NCBI RefSeq assembly: GCF_000143415.4
Contig: NW_003314266.1
Span: 3,956,753 to 4,020,752, forward strand
From: Selaginella moellendorffii
Taxonomy: Eukaryota > Plantae > Lycopodiophyta
Direction: 5' to 3'
DNA: 64,000 nt
In this document: positions 37,501-52,104 of the stretch, one piece after another
Numbering within the stretch: position 1 is the first letter of the stretch
Layout of the letters: each line of letters starts with the position of its first letter
Made by a program: the position numbers and the translations under genes
The notes under the pieces: model-generated
Database searches by the model: none
Seen by the model: the letters and a program-made list of their open reading frames with translations, nothing else
What the model was told of the DNA's origin: nothing

Positions 37501-40500
37501 TTCCACAAACAAGCTCTTTTTAAGACAATAGAAGAACTAAACCAACAAAAGCATGCCCGTCTCTTTTATGTGTGTTTTGTCTCTATGGTCTCTTTTTTCC
37601 TTCTCTTGCAACATCATGCTCTCAATCTCTCGATCATAACGATCATTCTCTCCTTATCATGGCCCTGCTTATGGTCTTTCTTTTTCCTTATCTGGACGAG
37701 ATTGGAAAGCTCCAATGCTCAGCAATAGTTAGCAAAAACTGCAATGGAAATACTGGAAAAATGCTGTAGCTTTTCTAGTTGAGTGCTCTTTGTGGTTCTC
37801 TTTTACTTTACTCCTAGTTCCTCCAATGTAACTTTGATTGATGTGTGTCACAAGAAAAACCAGTGTTTTATTTCGGCTGCCAAAAAGCCATTTAAAATGG
37901 CTTTTTGGCATAGAAAATGTTAAGCTTTTATACAAATTAGTATCATTTGAAAAGTCTATCATCGACAGCAACTAGGCTAACAATTTCCTTAAGCAGCCTA
38001 AAAATTAAAAAACGGCACATGAGTGCCAACTTGATTATGAATCAACAATGTTAATATTAGGCAATTCATGAAAAATTTCAAGTGATGCCAATTGTTGCTC
38101 TAAACTGCTAGTACTGGGCTGGTCCAAATCAGTTAACAAATGGATTTTCCTTTTTCTGACTACAATGGCACTCAAATCTCCCACATTTAGATGTTTGCGC
38201 TTGAAAGGAGGAGGCATGGGAGATGTAAGTAAGGTCTCCACACCAATTATCTGGTCCATGTCGTCCCTAGAGCCACTAATCTCACTGTCATTGCATAGTA
38301 TTGCATACTATCAACCTGGATAGAAGTAAACAAAGAAGCTTACCTCCCATGAGCTTAACCTAAGACCAGAATCCTGGTTGAAGTCATCATCTTCGACTTC
38401 AGGCATGGAATCATCAGTGTAAACTTTCGCATAGGACCTGAAACCTATGGTTGTGTGGCCTGTGCCATTGCCTCCTACAACTAGAGAGTCGTTCTCTTTT
38501 GGAATATCAAATTCTCCTCTAGTCCACGTTGCAGAGCTGCAAGAAGTTTTAGATTCCTTCCTATCCCAAATTTGATGGTTTTGGTAAATATGAACGAGCT
38601 TCTTAGCCTGCTCTGGATGCAGTCTACATATAGGCAAGTGACATCAATGTCAAACAAGTTCTTCATGTTTATAAATGAACAAAGGGCTTACTTGTTCTGC
38701 TTTAGTGTCAAGACATTGCTGTATGTACTAAAATTCCACTCAGCTGCAAAATTCAAAGTTGTCAAACCAAGAATATAGCATGCAAACCTCCAAAGCACTT
38801 CCCCTGAGTCACAGCTGAAGTTGACCGTAGAGGCCCAAACATGCCAAGGTGAATCTCCATCTTTGCCTTTCTCAAGCAATTCTTGTGCATCACGGCTGTT
38901 TGCAATGGAAAAGGGGGTAGTTCCATCGACATATGCAAAGTACTCTTGATTTAGATTGTGGGCATCTTTAACATTTGGATAGAAGCGATGTTGAACACGA
39001 CTAAATGCTGATGTTTCTTTCTGTCTATTCCTATCCTCCCTATAACACGGATTTACACACTAGGCTGCCCCAAACAAGTCACAGGATCTCATGTACTAAT
39101 CCTCCTGTTTCTCCAAAAAGTCTTCAATATTGTTCCTTGTTATAAACACAAACTCCTCACTGATCTCTTGTATTGGCCTACGACACAAACTTATGTCAGC
39201 AGTGTAGCAACCTATGTCCTCCTCCTTGTAGAAGCTGCAAAGATGCCTCCTAATCCCCATAGGTCCATTTCCCTTCACAGGAGCTTTGCATAAGACACAT
39301 CTAACCACTGCCTCCCAATTAGCTTTGTTGGTGCTGAAACATTGAGGATCCATCTCGGTGTTTTCCAAGTTCCTCTCCCTAAGTGCTAAAGGATCACAGA
39401 AGACATATTTCCAAACTATATCCGGAGGCCTACCAAGTCTGCCTCTGGCACTTGGAGGATGATGAGGGTTGGTCTCTTGCCCCTGGATCCCTCTCTGGTC
39501 TCCCTTACAACCTCGCCTTGTTCTCACAGTAGCACTATCCTCAACACCTGGCCAAGGGTTTACCCCATAGAACACAACAACTTGATCATCTACAGCCAAA
39601 GCAAGCCCCTCTCCGATGACGGCGTCTCCTAAGGCTACACCCAAACTAGGCCCCTCACCTATCATGGCTTCTCCCGAGTCTGCTCCTGCAGATGGATTGA
39701 TGGAGGCTCCTACCTTGTTCACCCTCCCACGGCACAACTGCAGCCACACTGTGCTGCTATAGTATTTCACCTTTGCCGCCTTGACATTGAAACAAAAAAG
39801 GAGAGGACAGGAGAGAAATGGTGCTACTAGCCCTAAGGCTAAACCTTTTGTGTTGCTTCTCACCCAAGCTGAAGGAATTCAAAGAACTCGCAAGTTTCTT
39901 GAATGAAAACCCTTGATCCATGTACGTCACTAATAGCTCTGACAACCTGAATATGCGTCAAATCGCCGTTGAATCTTTTTCTTTAGTGGGGTTAAAGGTT
40001 CAAGGGTTATGCTTAATTAAATGGTCATAATTATTCAAAATGCCAAAAAGTAGTTTTGAATAAAACTCTGCCAAGACCCATTTCTACACCATGGCAATCG
40101 CGTTTACAAAGGAGAACACTAAAGTAGATAGCAAAACCATGGGCTTCTGCTACTTTGTGGCAGGAGGAGCAACAAGAGGTGCAGCCTGCTCCTCTAGCTG
40201 CGGCTGCGGGATTTGGGCCGTCGGTAGCTAAATGGGGCCTGTTGCCCATCGACTAACCCTTTCCTAAATAACTCAGATGAAAGTAACCAAGTGCAATTGT
40301 TCAGAGAATAGCTAATGGCACCAATACCCATTGCGAGAAGATCGTCCTAATGTAGTCTCATGGCCCCGCTCACAGTCTCTCTTTTTTATGGTGTCTCCTG
40401 AGGCTGCACCCAAACTAGGCCCCTCTTCGATCACGGCTTCTTCTGAGTCTGCTCCTACAAATGGATTGATGGAGGCTCCTACCTTGTTTGCCCTCCCATA

Positions 40501-43500
40501 GCCGCAGCTGCGGCCATGCTGTGCTACTGCAGTATATCGCCCTTGCTGCCCTGACATTGAAACAAAAAGGAGAGAGTGAGAGGACAGGAGAGAAATGGTG
40601 CTACTAGCCCTAAGGCTAAACCTTTTGTGTTGCTTCTCACCTAAGCTGAAGGAATTCAAACAACTTGCAAGTTGCTTGAATGAAAACCCTTGATCCATGT
40701 ATGTTAGTAATAGCCCTGACAACCTGAATATGCGTTGAATCGCCGTTGAATCTTTTCTCTAGTGGGGTTAAAGGTTCAAGGGTTATGCTTAATTAAACGG
40801 TCATAATTATTCAAAATGCCAAAAAGTAGTTTTGAATAAACCTTGCCAACACCCATTTCTACACCATGGCAATCACATTCACAAGGGAGAACACTAGAGT
40901 AGATAGCAAAACCATGGGCTTTTGTTATTGCGTGGCAAGAGCAGTAGTAGGAGGCGCAGCCTGCTCCTCCAATTGTGGCTGCGAGATCTGGGCTGTCGGC
41001 AGTTGGATGGGGCCTGCTGCCCATTGACTAACCCTTTCTTAGATAACTCGGATGAAAGTAACCAAGTGCAGCAATTCGGAGAATAGCCAATGGCACCAAT
41101 ACCCATTGCGAGAAGATCGTCCCAACACGGTCAACGAGTCCCAAGATCCATGGCCAGAGAACCTTACCAATCCATGGCGAGAATGCCTATGCTAGGGAGG
41201 AGGCAAGAGTGAAACCTAAGGCTTCGACACTGAGCCAAAACCACCGAGACTCTGTGATCTTGTCATTGCTCAACCTGCTGAGATCGAGATTGTGTGCCGC
41301 CTCCTCTCACTTCATGGCCAAAGACATCGATAACTGCCGCCTGCTGTTGAGAGATGGAAATCAGAAATGAATCCAGCAGGAAGGAAGCAAAGAAGAGCAA
41401 CAATAATGCTGCCACCCTCATCCTTAGGGATTCCACAAACAAGCTCTTTTTAAGATAATGGAAGAACTAAACCAACAAAAGCATGCCCGTCTCTTTTATG
41501 TGTGTTTTGTCTCTATGGTCTCTTTTTTCCTTCTCTCGCAACATCATGCTCTCAATCTCTCAATCATGATGATCACTCTCTTTTTATCATGGCCTTGCTT
41601 ACGGTCTTTCTTTTTCCTTATCTGGACGAGATTGGAAAGCTCCAGTGCTTAGCAATGGTTTCGAAAACTGCAGTGAAAATCCCAGCAATGGTTAGCAAAA
41701 ACTGCAGTGGAAATACTGCAAAAATGCCATAGCTTTTCTAGCTAAACGCTCTTTGTGGTTCTCTTTTACTTTACTCCTAGTTCCTCCAATGCCAAGGAAA
41801 TCCAATCTCAAAAAGTGCCACAAATTTGAAGGTTTCATTGTGAACTTTTCTTTGCTACGTATGTGAAGGATAACTTACTGTGAAGGAACGGAAAGAGCAG
41901 TAACTGCATCAAGACCTGGTTTCACAATAGCTCAAGACTTTGCTTGTTCTTCGGTGGAGTGAAGGTTTCTATAACTTTGATTGATGTGCGTCACAAGAAA
42001 AACCAGTGTTTTATTTCGGCTGCGAAAAAGCCATTTGAAATGGCTTTTTGGCAGAGAAAATGTTAAGCTTTTATACAAATTAGTGTCATCTGAAAAGTCT
42101 ATCGCCGACAGCAGCCGAGCCAACAATTTCCTTAAGCAGCCTAAAAATTAAAAAACGGCACATGCGTGCCAACTTGATTATGAATCAACAATGTTAATGT
42201 TAGGCAATTCATGAAAAATTTCAAGTGATGCCAATTGTTGCTCTAAACTGCTAGTACTGGGCTGGTCCAAATCAGTTAACAAACGGATTTTCCTTTTTCT
42301 GACTACAATGGCACTCAAATCTCCCTCATTTAGATGTTTGCGCTTGAAAGGAGGAGGCATGGGAGATGCAAGTAAGGTCTCCACACCAATTATCTGGTCC
42401 ATGTCGTCCCTAGGGCCACTAATCTCATTGTCATTGCATAGTATTGCATGCTATCAACCTGGATAGAAGTAAATAAAGAAGCTTACTTCCCATGAGCTAA
42501 CCTAAGACCAGAATCCCGGTTGAAGTCATCATCTTCGTCTTCAAGCATGGAATCATCAATGTCAACTTCTGCATAGGACTTGAAACCTATGGTTGTGTGG
42601 CCTGTGCCATTGCCTCCTACAACTAGAGAGTCGTTCTCTTTTGGAATATCAAATTCTCCTCTAGTCCACGTTGCAGAGTTGCAAGAAGTTTTAGATTCCT
42701 TCCTATCCCAAATTCGATGGTTTTGTTAAATATGAACGAGCTTCTCAACCCGCTCTGGATGCAGTCTACATATAGGCAAGTGACACCAATGTCAAACAAG
42801 TTCTTCATGTTTATAAATGAACAAAGGGCTTACTTGTTCTGCTTTAGTGTCAAGATGTTGCTGTATGTACTAAAATTTTACTCAGCTGCAGAATTCAAAG
42901 TTGTTAAACCAATATAGCACGTAAACCTCCAAAGCACTTCCCTTGACTCATAGCTGAAACTGACCGCAGAGGCCCAAACATGCCAAGGTGAATCTCCATC
43001 CTTGCCTTTCTCAAGCAATTCTTGTGCATCACAGCTGTTTGCAATGGAAAAGGGGCTAGTTCCATTGACATATGCAAAGTATTCCTGATTTAGCTTGTGG
43101 GCATCTTCAACATTTGGATAGAAATGATGTCGAACACGATTGAATGCTGCTATTGCTTCCTATCTATTCCTATCCTCCCTCTAACGCAGATTTATACACC
43201 AAGCTGCCCCAAACAAGTCATAGGATCTCATGTACTGATCCTCCCATTTCTATAGAAAGTCTTCAAGCTGTTGTTTGTCCTCTGCATTGAAACCTGTAAC
43301 TGTTGCTATCTTGAACTTAAAAAAATGCCATGCTTGCCACACAAAGCCAATGTTTGAAACTGAGCGATCAAAGAACTTGATTGCCATCACCACCACCTCT
43401 ATCAACTGCATCACCTTCTCAACACCCGCCCAGAAATTAAAATCCTCCACTGCTGTCATGGCTTGGTTAGTAGTCTTTGTTGTTGTTGCAAGTTGGCTTC

Positions 43501-45855
43501 GTAGCCAATCTTTAAATCTAGTATTCCTAAACAACCTCTGCAATGCTCCACACTCTTCCCATAATCACCTGGGCATGTAATAATAGTTTCCAAACTTGTG
43601 AAAGAAACAAAAAAAGTGTTAAAGTCAGTAACAGACAATTACACAACTCTAATACTCACCGAGTAATGACAGGTCTGACGAATTGCCACTTAGGATGCTG
43701 AACTTGATAAAAAGCATGCACACGAGTGGAGTTCTTCACAAATTGAACTATACACTTCCCTATGTCTAGATATTGTTTGATGTTGTCCAAACCTGCCCAA
43801 GACATTAGTACAAGGTTCAGAGCATGACACTAACATGGAACACTCCACATATCTTCAAACTCAGTTTTGAATTTGCATCCAACAAGCCACATGTTGGCCG
43901 CATTGTCCGTTACTATTGATGATAATCCACACTTCCTCTCTATACGCCGCATTTGATCATGTAATATGTTCCACTACCAGGGATGTTGCTTTTGGCTACA
44001 TTTGCGTCATCAGCAAGTACCCGAGTATTTATAGCCAAAACCACACTCTTCAATTTGCTATACAAGATATCAACTGCATTGTAAAGCAAACAAGTTAATT
44101 GGACGTTACATGAAAAAACAACACATACCTAAAGATTCATAGCACTCAAATGAGCCACAAAAAAACTCTTCATGGTGTGCTGCATCAACGATCATAATAT
44201 TCTAAATATGCAACCCACTAACTGTCTTCCAACTGTCCATTACTAAGCAAGGCAGTCGTGGGCTGTACGCACCTGTAGCTTTCTCAAGTTGTTGATCAAT
44301 GCGCTCAACCGTTTCATGGTATATCTCATCCAAGAAGTCTTCACGCAAAGCCTTCAGCAAAGGCAAAGGAAACATGGAACCGCATTGGGCATGTCTACCA
44401 ACTACTAGGTTGAACGCTCTGGCCTTGATATAAACTCCCAATGCATACTCCTTCTACCATGCCCTAAGTTCTTCAAGGGTCAACACCCTTCCTGTGATTC
44501 CTTTGAGAGCTATTGTTTCCTGCAAGATACAATTTGTTGAACTTGTCTAAGGCGATGTAGTAGACACTATTATATCGATCTGATTCCTAGCTGCACGTAA
44601 ACCACCCACAGAGATGCAGCCAATTGTAGCTAACTCAGTCTCTCGAACCTGCTGCCACAACTGCTCTGCATCAACCTAGTCTTCACCCTCCAAACATTCT
44701 ATCCATTCCCATGCTTTGTTGTCGTTATCGCTCGGAAAGGCAAACATGTTCAATTTTGGCCTGTGTTCAATACTCCCACTAGCTTGAGGAGTTGATGTCG
44801 ATCCTCCAACATTGTAGGCATCTTCATCCAATTGCTGTGACCCTGAAACTCCTTGATTGCTGAACCATGTCATTCTACCACTGCCATGTTGTTTAAACTC
44901 CACAAGCTTGATGTTGTACGTCTCAATATTGTTCCTTGTTATAGACACAAACTCCTCACTGAACTCTTGTATTGGCCTGCAATGCAAACTTATGTCAGCA
45001 ATGTAGTAACCTATGTCCTCCTTCTCCTTGTAGAAGATACAAAGATGCCTCTTGATCCCCATAGGTCCAATTCCCTTCACGGGACCTTTGCATAAGACAC
45101 ACCTAACCACTGCCTCCCAACTAGCTTTGTCGGTGTTGAAACGTCAAGGATCTGCCTCGGTGTTTTCCAAGTTCCTCTCCCTGAGTGCTAAAGAGTCGTA
45201 GAAGATGTATTTCCAGACCATATCCGGAGGCCTACTAAGTCTACGTTTGGGACTCGGAGGATGATGAGGGTCTCCTGCCCTTGGATCCCTCTTTGCAGCC
45301 TCGCACTATTCTCACAGCAGCACTATCCTCAACACCTAGTCGAGGGTTTACCCCGTTGAACACGGCAACTTGATCTCCTGCAGTTGAAGTAGGCCCCTCT
45401 CTGATCACGGCATCTCCTAAGGCTGCACCCAAACCAGGCCCCTCTCCGATCATAGCTTCTCCCGAGTCTGCTCCTGCATATGGATTGATGGAGGCTCCTA
45501 CCTTGTTTGCCCTCCCACTGCCGCAGCCACGGCCACACTGTGCTGCTATAGTATATCACCCTTGCCACCCTGACATCAAAACAAAAAAGAGAGAGTGAGA
45601 GGACGGGAGAGAAATGGTGTTATTAACCCTAAGGCTAAACCTTTTGTGTTGCTTCTCACCCAAGCTAAAGGAATTCAAAAAACCCACAAGTTGCTTGAAT
45701 GGAAACCTTTGATCCATGTATGTCAATAATAACCCTAACAACCTGAATATGCATCAAATTGTTGTCGAATCTTTTTTCCAGTGGGGTTAGGGTTATACTT
45801 AATTAAACAGTCATAATTATTCAAAATGCTAAAAAGTAGCTTTGAATAAAACCCT
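31540..45855 (-). mobile_element. Tandem array of 4-5 internally deleted hAT (DUF659-type) units; fullest transposase at ~42180-45240
   Basis: BED-like VRCVLCKGPVKG...IRRHFC; SIVTDNAANM, WSVPC*CHALNL (CxxH), VRPVITR; C-terminal WRFACYILGLTTLNSAAEWNFSTYS. Landmark ORF MDQ(V/I)xGVE at 31931, 36223, 38259, 42402; landmark TCATAATTATTCAAAATG at ~34590, 36870, 40025, 40800, 45810. Confidence 0.85.
34854..35261 (-). other. Hydrophobic passenger ORF within the hAT unit (disrupted copies at ~37100-37510 and ~41030-41440)
   Basis: 135-aa ORF with signal-like VAALLLLFFTSFLL and Trp-rich hydrophobic segments. Confidence 0.3.
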
Positions 45856-46774
45856 GAGAAAAACATTCTTGCTAAAAGAACCAAGCACCAGAAAAGAAAA
45901 AGCAAAAACAAGCAGCAACATACCGTCCAAAAAGTGCTTGCACGCCTTCTAGGACCTCTACACTACACCATAGTGACGTTCGCAAGATCTCTATGTAGTA
46001 ACATGTGAGTGCAACCGAATGACAAAAAAATTAACAGCAGCATCACTATTCAATTACCAGCAATATACTTTGTGCTGTGCAAAGCAAAAGAGCAAGCTAG
46101 CTCAGCTCGGAATCGCACAGATTGAGATGTTTTGATTTCACATGACTTCTCCCGAGAAGAGAATTTTAACATATAGAGCGCCGACCAGATCGATATAGAC
46201 AAACAAATACAGTACCTGTCACTGTAGCTACAAGTGTGGGTTTGAGAAGCACAAGGACCAATGAGCTCGTCCTCATGTTGTCTGAATATAAAAGTAATGT
46301 ACCTATAAGATGGAAGTGACAATCCATAATCCGTGTTCATCAGGATTTAAATCTCCGACAATTTCAGGCCTCACCCCTTAAAGTCCTTCCGGAAGAATCG
46401 ACCGCAAAACGAGGACCAAATGTGCGTCGAAACGGAATATGAGGATGCCCGTGTGGCCTGACAGAAACACAGCTTAAGGCAGCAGCATGATCAAGGAGTA
46501 CATACTTGATGTCAGAACTGTCGTCTCTCTCGGCTGGGAAGAATCCAGTCCACGTTTCCAGCATTTCCATTAAGGCTGCTGTGTCAGACACCACGACGTG
46601 CACGGTGCATCTGTCTGTTTCAACGGAAAACAATAACGAACTGTTAGAAACAGGAAACTTACCTGTATTTAAGTCGATGCTGTTCCTTAGAGAGTGTCAC
46701 AAATACGAGACAAGTAAAAAGTTAGCACCAATCCATGATAAAACGAGTTCATGATAAAAAACGAGATGCATACC

Positions 46775-47175
46775 TAGAGTACAGCTCTTGAAACAAGTGG
46801 ATAACACCACGAGCCTGTTGTGGCCAAGTGGAAGATGAATCGATCACACTTGAAGGATGTCGGCGAGAAAGCTCTAGCCATTTTCTGAAACAAAACCTTG
46901 TTAAGAAAAACTCTTAACTCCAAAGTAGATTTCGACTTTTTTTTATTTTTTATGACTGCATGTTTTGTAGCTTTAGAGTGTAGTCCCACAGTCCTCTGTA
47001 ACAATAACATTTGTAGCCATGCATGTTGTCCATGGAAGAGTTTTACCTTCTTTTTCCTTGGCTACCAAGCTCTTGAGCCACTGAACAATACGAAGACATG
47101 TTTGAGCAGTCTCATCGTTCCTTACAAACTCGGATGCCACCTGAGCTGATGTGGTTGCCTTCTGCCATGAAAACT
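46775..47175 (-). pseudogene. Probable Nup107 exon fragments
   Basis: ATTSAQVASEFVRNDETAQTCLRIVQWLKSL resembles plant Nup107 as recalled (FV-NDHTAQLCLRIV-WLE); WPQQARGVIHLFQELYS is a weaker match. Confidence 0.5.
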
Positions 47176-47614
47176 TTTTTGTAAGTGAAAGCACAAAGGA
47201 TGAAGACATGCATATAAAATACCTGATTGTTTTCCATACTATCCTTAGAGACAATGCGGGTGAAAAGAGAAAACTTCAGGCTTCCATTCTGCCCTAAATA
47301 AAACCCTCAACCCTAGTACTAATAAATGTTGAGAGTGGGATTTGAACCTAGACCAATCTGCCAATTTATTTGTAAATTTTAAATTGACTAAATTGTTTAG
47401 TTTGCCTGAAATTTCCAGCAAACACCAAGGAAACAATACGACCCTTCCCACCTTGTACCAAGCAAATCACCTTAGAAAAAGAAACAAGTATTTAAAACTG
47501 TTAGATATGCTAGATCAACTCAAACACTTGTCCAATCCATCAAAGAAAATAAACTAGAATGGATACACTTGTGGACAAGTTGAGTATCATATATATTTCA
47601 AAATAAATATTTTA

Positions 47615-50600
47615 CCTCACTAAAGCATTGCGAGAGCTGCCGAGGAGCACAAAAAGTCATAGCCCCAAGCAGTTGAACACTTCCATGTTTAGTACGCCAT
47701 GCTCGGTCTTCTAGCCCCTAAATTAATAATTATACACCGTTGAGCTAAAAGAACGTAACTTCAGTTGTGTGATACTTTCACCTTGAATAGAGCTGGTAAG
47801 ACAAGTTTAACACCTTGGCCGGTAAGTTGCGAAATAATTGTCCGATCAGCCGCCTCGTATACTGCTGAAACGGAATCGGAGAAACACACAAGCATCTCTG
47901 ACAGGATTCGTATTACGCACCTGCAACAAAAAATGTTTAACAAAAGCAATTTCTAGTAGAATAAATTCTTATGGCTCCCCAAGTTTCTCGGATTACATCG
48001 AACTTCTTCAAGCAAGACAATCCCTTCCCCTTCACTACCCCGGCCAATCCAAAGGCTGCTCCACAGTGCTCTCCATATTTCTCTGATTGCACAAGTTGTT
48101 CAAGCAAACTTTTTGCAAGTTTCTCAGAATCCACCTGACAACCAAGTTACTAGATTATCCAAATTCAAATGAAATACCTGGTGGACTAGCAATAAAAGAA
48201 GCTAGGAAGTTTGAGACAGCACGTTGAACTGATTCTGAAGGAGTTTTCAGTGCTTCGAGCCATCTTTCCAGAATGACAACTACTTTCGGATCATCCTAGT
48301 TAGTTGGTAGCTACCGAAAACAAATTCACCTGAGAGAGAAAGTCAGAGTAAATACAAACAAAACATTCAGATTTGAAGCACGTACCTTTCTACTTCAATA
48401 GTTTTCAATATAGGAAGGAGAACCGTTTTCCATGTTTATCGAGAACTGCTACGCCAGCTTCCACCATTTTAGACCGGACGTCAGAGTTTGAATAAGCCTG
48501 TAGGAAATAAACGGATACATTTAACTTGTTTATTCAGCAGAGCGACGTACCAAGGCTCGAGAAAAAGAAAAGTTGATAAAACTGGTAAGCCTTTGGCAGT
48601 AAGTATGTCTGCAGCTGCTTCGAGGGCTAACGATACACTTGTCTTCCAGACCAACCAGGATCAACATGATTGCCTCCACTCGAATAGAGGGTAAACAAAG
48701 CCGATAGTGTTTCCTGAGAGCAACGTAAGCACGAGAATAAATAAATACAGAAAACCTTACTTGAATGCTGCTTGGATACTCGTCCATGGCAAGACACGAA
48801 GTAGGCCGTCAGGAACAGGACTTGCTCAACAATCTGTCAAGAATACAGTTTAGATTAGAAACAAACTCAGAGAACTCATACCGATACCGGAAAAACTACA
48901 GTCCAAGCTTACAATCCCCGTGGTGATCACCGTGTGAATAACGCCTTTCTCGTTATCCAAATAAACTTGTAGAGAAAACAACGACACCAAGATTTTCGTT
49001 AGGTGTCTGGGAACTGCAGTCACCAATCCCGTTAATACGACCATCGTCCGGAACGCTTCATCACTCACAATTGGCGACTTCAGAAGTGGGAGGACAAGCG
49101 GGATCTGGTCATTCCTCAAATATGAGTGAAAACTACACAGTAATGAACATAACTTACCAAAGCAGGATCCGCAATAGCTGCAATTGCTCTTATAACCACA
49201 GTGAACCGCGTCTTTAAGTGGCATGGACAATAGCCTCTTCTTTCAAAACCAAATCTCTTGCTTCTTCTTTCATTGGTTTTGATTCACCTGAAAAACAAGA
49301 AATTATAAAATGAGCAAATATTGAGAAAACATTAAAAGCAGCAGTCTTTCTAGAAGCTTTACTCGCGTCTCTAGGCGCAGACGCCGTGAAACAGACTTCG
49401 ACATTGTGTCCTACAGCAAGTTTCATTAGCCACCAGAATGACAAAACAATCTGCTAACCTCTTCACTTCCGGAGTCACTGCCATTTTAAATCGTCATTTT
49501 GCCTGCTACACACCACCAGAAGGAGTGTTGAATATCTGCCAAGAAAGGCTCAGTCTTAAGCTACTTCGTGCGTATAATCCACCTTGTCATTGAGACCATT
49601 GTGAGAGCTCCAATCAGCTAGATCACTTACGCCCTGCAAGGAAATAAGTATGTAATTCATATGAAAAGAAGACAGCACCTACATGAATCAAATGATTGAG
49701 CATTTCATCAGGAATAAAATGCGTGACTAAACCAGAAGCAAAGATCGCTGCTTTTGAGATAGCCGGCTGTTCACTGGTCAATCCGTTCGCACCGGCTAGA
49801 ACCTGAGCAAGTGTATGTGTGGCTAATCAGTAGAAGTCAAATAATAACCTTCCGACAGCGCCGGGATCAGATCTTAGGACGGCGCGAATAAAATACTTAA
49901 GCGTCTTGCAAAGTCCTGGCAAAGGAGTCATATGCATAAACCACAGAAAGAAAGGTTTCTTACCTTCCAATACGAAGTACTTTTTTTACCACACAAGATC
50001 CAGTCATGGTGAAAAACTATTAGAAAATGCGTAGAATACAAGGGATCCGGCACTAGTGATGCACATCCTGCTTTAGAAAGCATCTGATGGTGGAACCTCT
50101 GAAGGCGAACTGTCACTCTCGCTTCCACTGCACATCTGTATTAGAAAATGGAAGCTTGAAGAGTATAGCAGTAAATTTTACCTCATTTGCGAATTGAAGA
50201 TCATGTAAAGTGGGAAGCCAATTCAGAAAGGACTTGAAAAGCTCCTCCGCATACGCTACTGCAGCTCTCCTTACATGCCATGACTGGTTCCAAAAGAAAG
50301 CTTAAAAGGCTCTGCAGCAAGAAAATCATTCGTCATTGTTAGCAAATGATTTATTCCATCACTTTGGAAAGTTCTGTTAGCCCCTCGTTGGCTCCTCTGC
50401 AGCCAAGGAAAATTTTATGCAAACGTTTAGATTTGGCTGGTAATTCGATAGATCTTCAAGCAGTTCTATCGACGCACCAGTCTTCCATTTGCATTTCAGG
50501 TTCTGTTCATCCGTTGTTAGATCAGACCAAACTGAAGGAATGAAAAACATATACAACTGTCGGGGAAAACGTAGACTCCGAAATCGTTACTGACGAAATA

Positions 50601-52104
50601 ATCATTTCCTTGATCATCTTGCATCTATAACAGTACAAAGAAAAACGAGTATAAACGCAAAATGTTGTTTGAATTCTCACCAGCTCTGCTATCGATGGAT
50701 GCAATCTTGAGTAGCAAAAGAAGAGCATAAATCCTTTGTTATACCACTTTTCGATAGTTGGACCAATTGATCAACTAGCGGGATCGCCTGCAAAAAGAAA
50801 CAAAAATCGTTTCAGAACAGAACGCACGACTTAAAAAGCACCAAACCCACAGGAAGTGAAAGTTCTTCATCGAAAAATGCCTGGCGAAGACATCGTAAGT
50901 GTGCTCACCTCATATTCAAGCCCAGCCAAAAAGAAACTTGAGCACTCAGCTGGCAAGTTACGCTCGGCTTTTCTAAGTGACGAACCCAGAGATAATAGAA
51001 TTGCCACTCGGACTTCCTCGTTTCCTGTCTGTCGCATACTGTGTAAGAAGCAAAAATATCGAAGCCAGCACCAAAACTCACCGTCGTCTTTGTACAGTGA
51101 ATAAGCAATGAGCTGATAACACCTGCAACAAGCGTCACAAATGGCGCGTAAAGCATTGATCAATCCCAGCCTCTGGTAGACGAACGTCAGTTTACCCTCA
51201 GATCCTGGCACAAGACCACGTTAAGTTGCGAGCTAGAAATGCTTTTAAACATCTAACCTCCTGTTAACAGGGACTCTGTGCCGTTTCTGAGAATTTGCAG
51301 CGCTTCCCCTTCGTCGCTATGTCGAGATTGAAGCAAAACAACGGGTAGAACCTCGCCCGTATATCTGGTCAGGTCCGCTTCAAAAGAACTCCAAAAAGAG
51401 GTCGGGGCTTCTCTTGAGCATCCTTACAGCAGCCGGGACCGAGTTTGGAAAGAAGCTCAAACGCTTCGCTGATCGCCTGGGAAGGCTTCTCTCGCGATCC
51501 AAGTACCAACTTTTCACGTAAAGGTCGACAAAAAACGCCTGAAAAGAGAACCCATTTCGTTACCAAGAGCTCCACTATAAACTTCCCACCTTCTTGGCCG
51601 AAAGTCGAGCTGGATCCCTTGTAGTTGTAGCGAGGATTTTCAGAGGCACCGAAATTCCGACGACAACGTCTCAAGCTCGGAGACGTAGTTTTCGTACAAG
51701 CCATTCACCCTGCATTGAGTCTTTTAAATCCCAGATGGAAAGAAAAGAAAATCCGCTACCTGGATCAGCGAGCGAAGTAGCAAGGCCTTGGCAGCCAGTC
51801 TCAGCCAAGAGGAGGGAGGACTGGACCGCAGCGATCCTGGAGAAGAAGGTGGGGCATGCGCAACCAGCAAGTTTTCCCGGTGAGGCACCACCACTTCCCT
51901 TGTGGACACTACCGCCGGGACGAAACTCACAAGAAAGCGCAGGAGCTTGAGCTGCGTGGAGGCGGGACACACACTCGCGTTCCTCTCGGAGGCAAGAATG
52001 AGCCGACCTGGATGTGTGGAGTGACGCGCACGACGGCTTGGACAAGAGAGATGTAGCGTCGCGAGACAATCCACCGCGCGCTCGTCTGAAAGGGGCGTTA
52101 GCAT
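47615..52104 (-). pseudogene. GCN1: GCN1/ILITYHIA-like HEAT-repeat gene, frameshifted and 3'-truncated
   Basis: SEKYGEHCGAAFGLAGVVKG, LVCFSD...SQLTGQGVKLVLPALFK|GLEDRAWRTKHGSVQLLGAMTFCAPRQLSQC, KEEARDLVLKEEA; frameshifts in early exons; ends far short of full GCN1. Confidence 0.85.
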
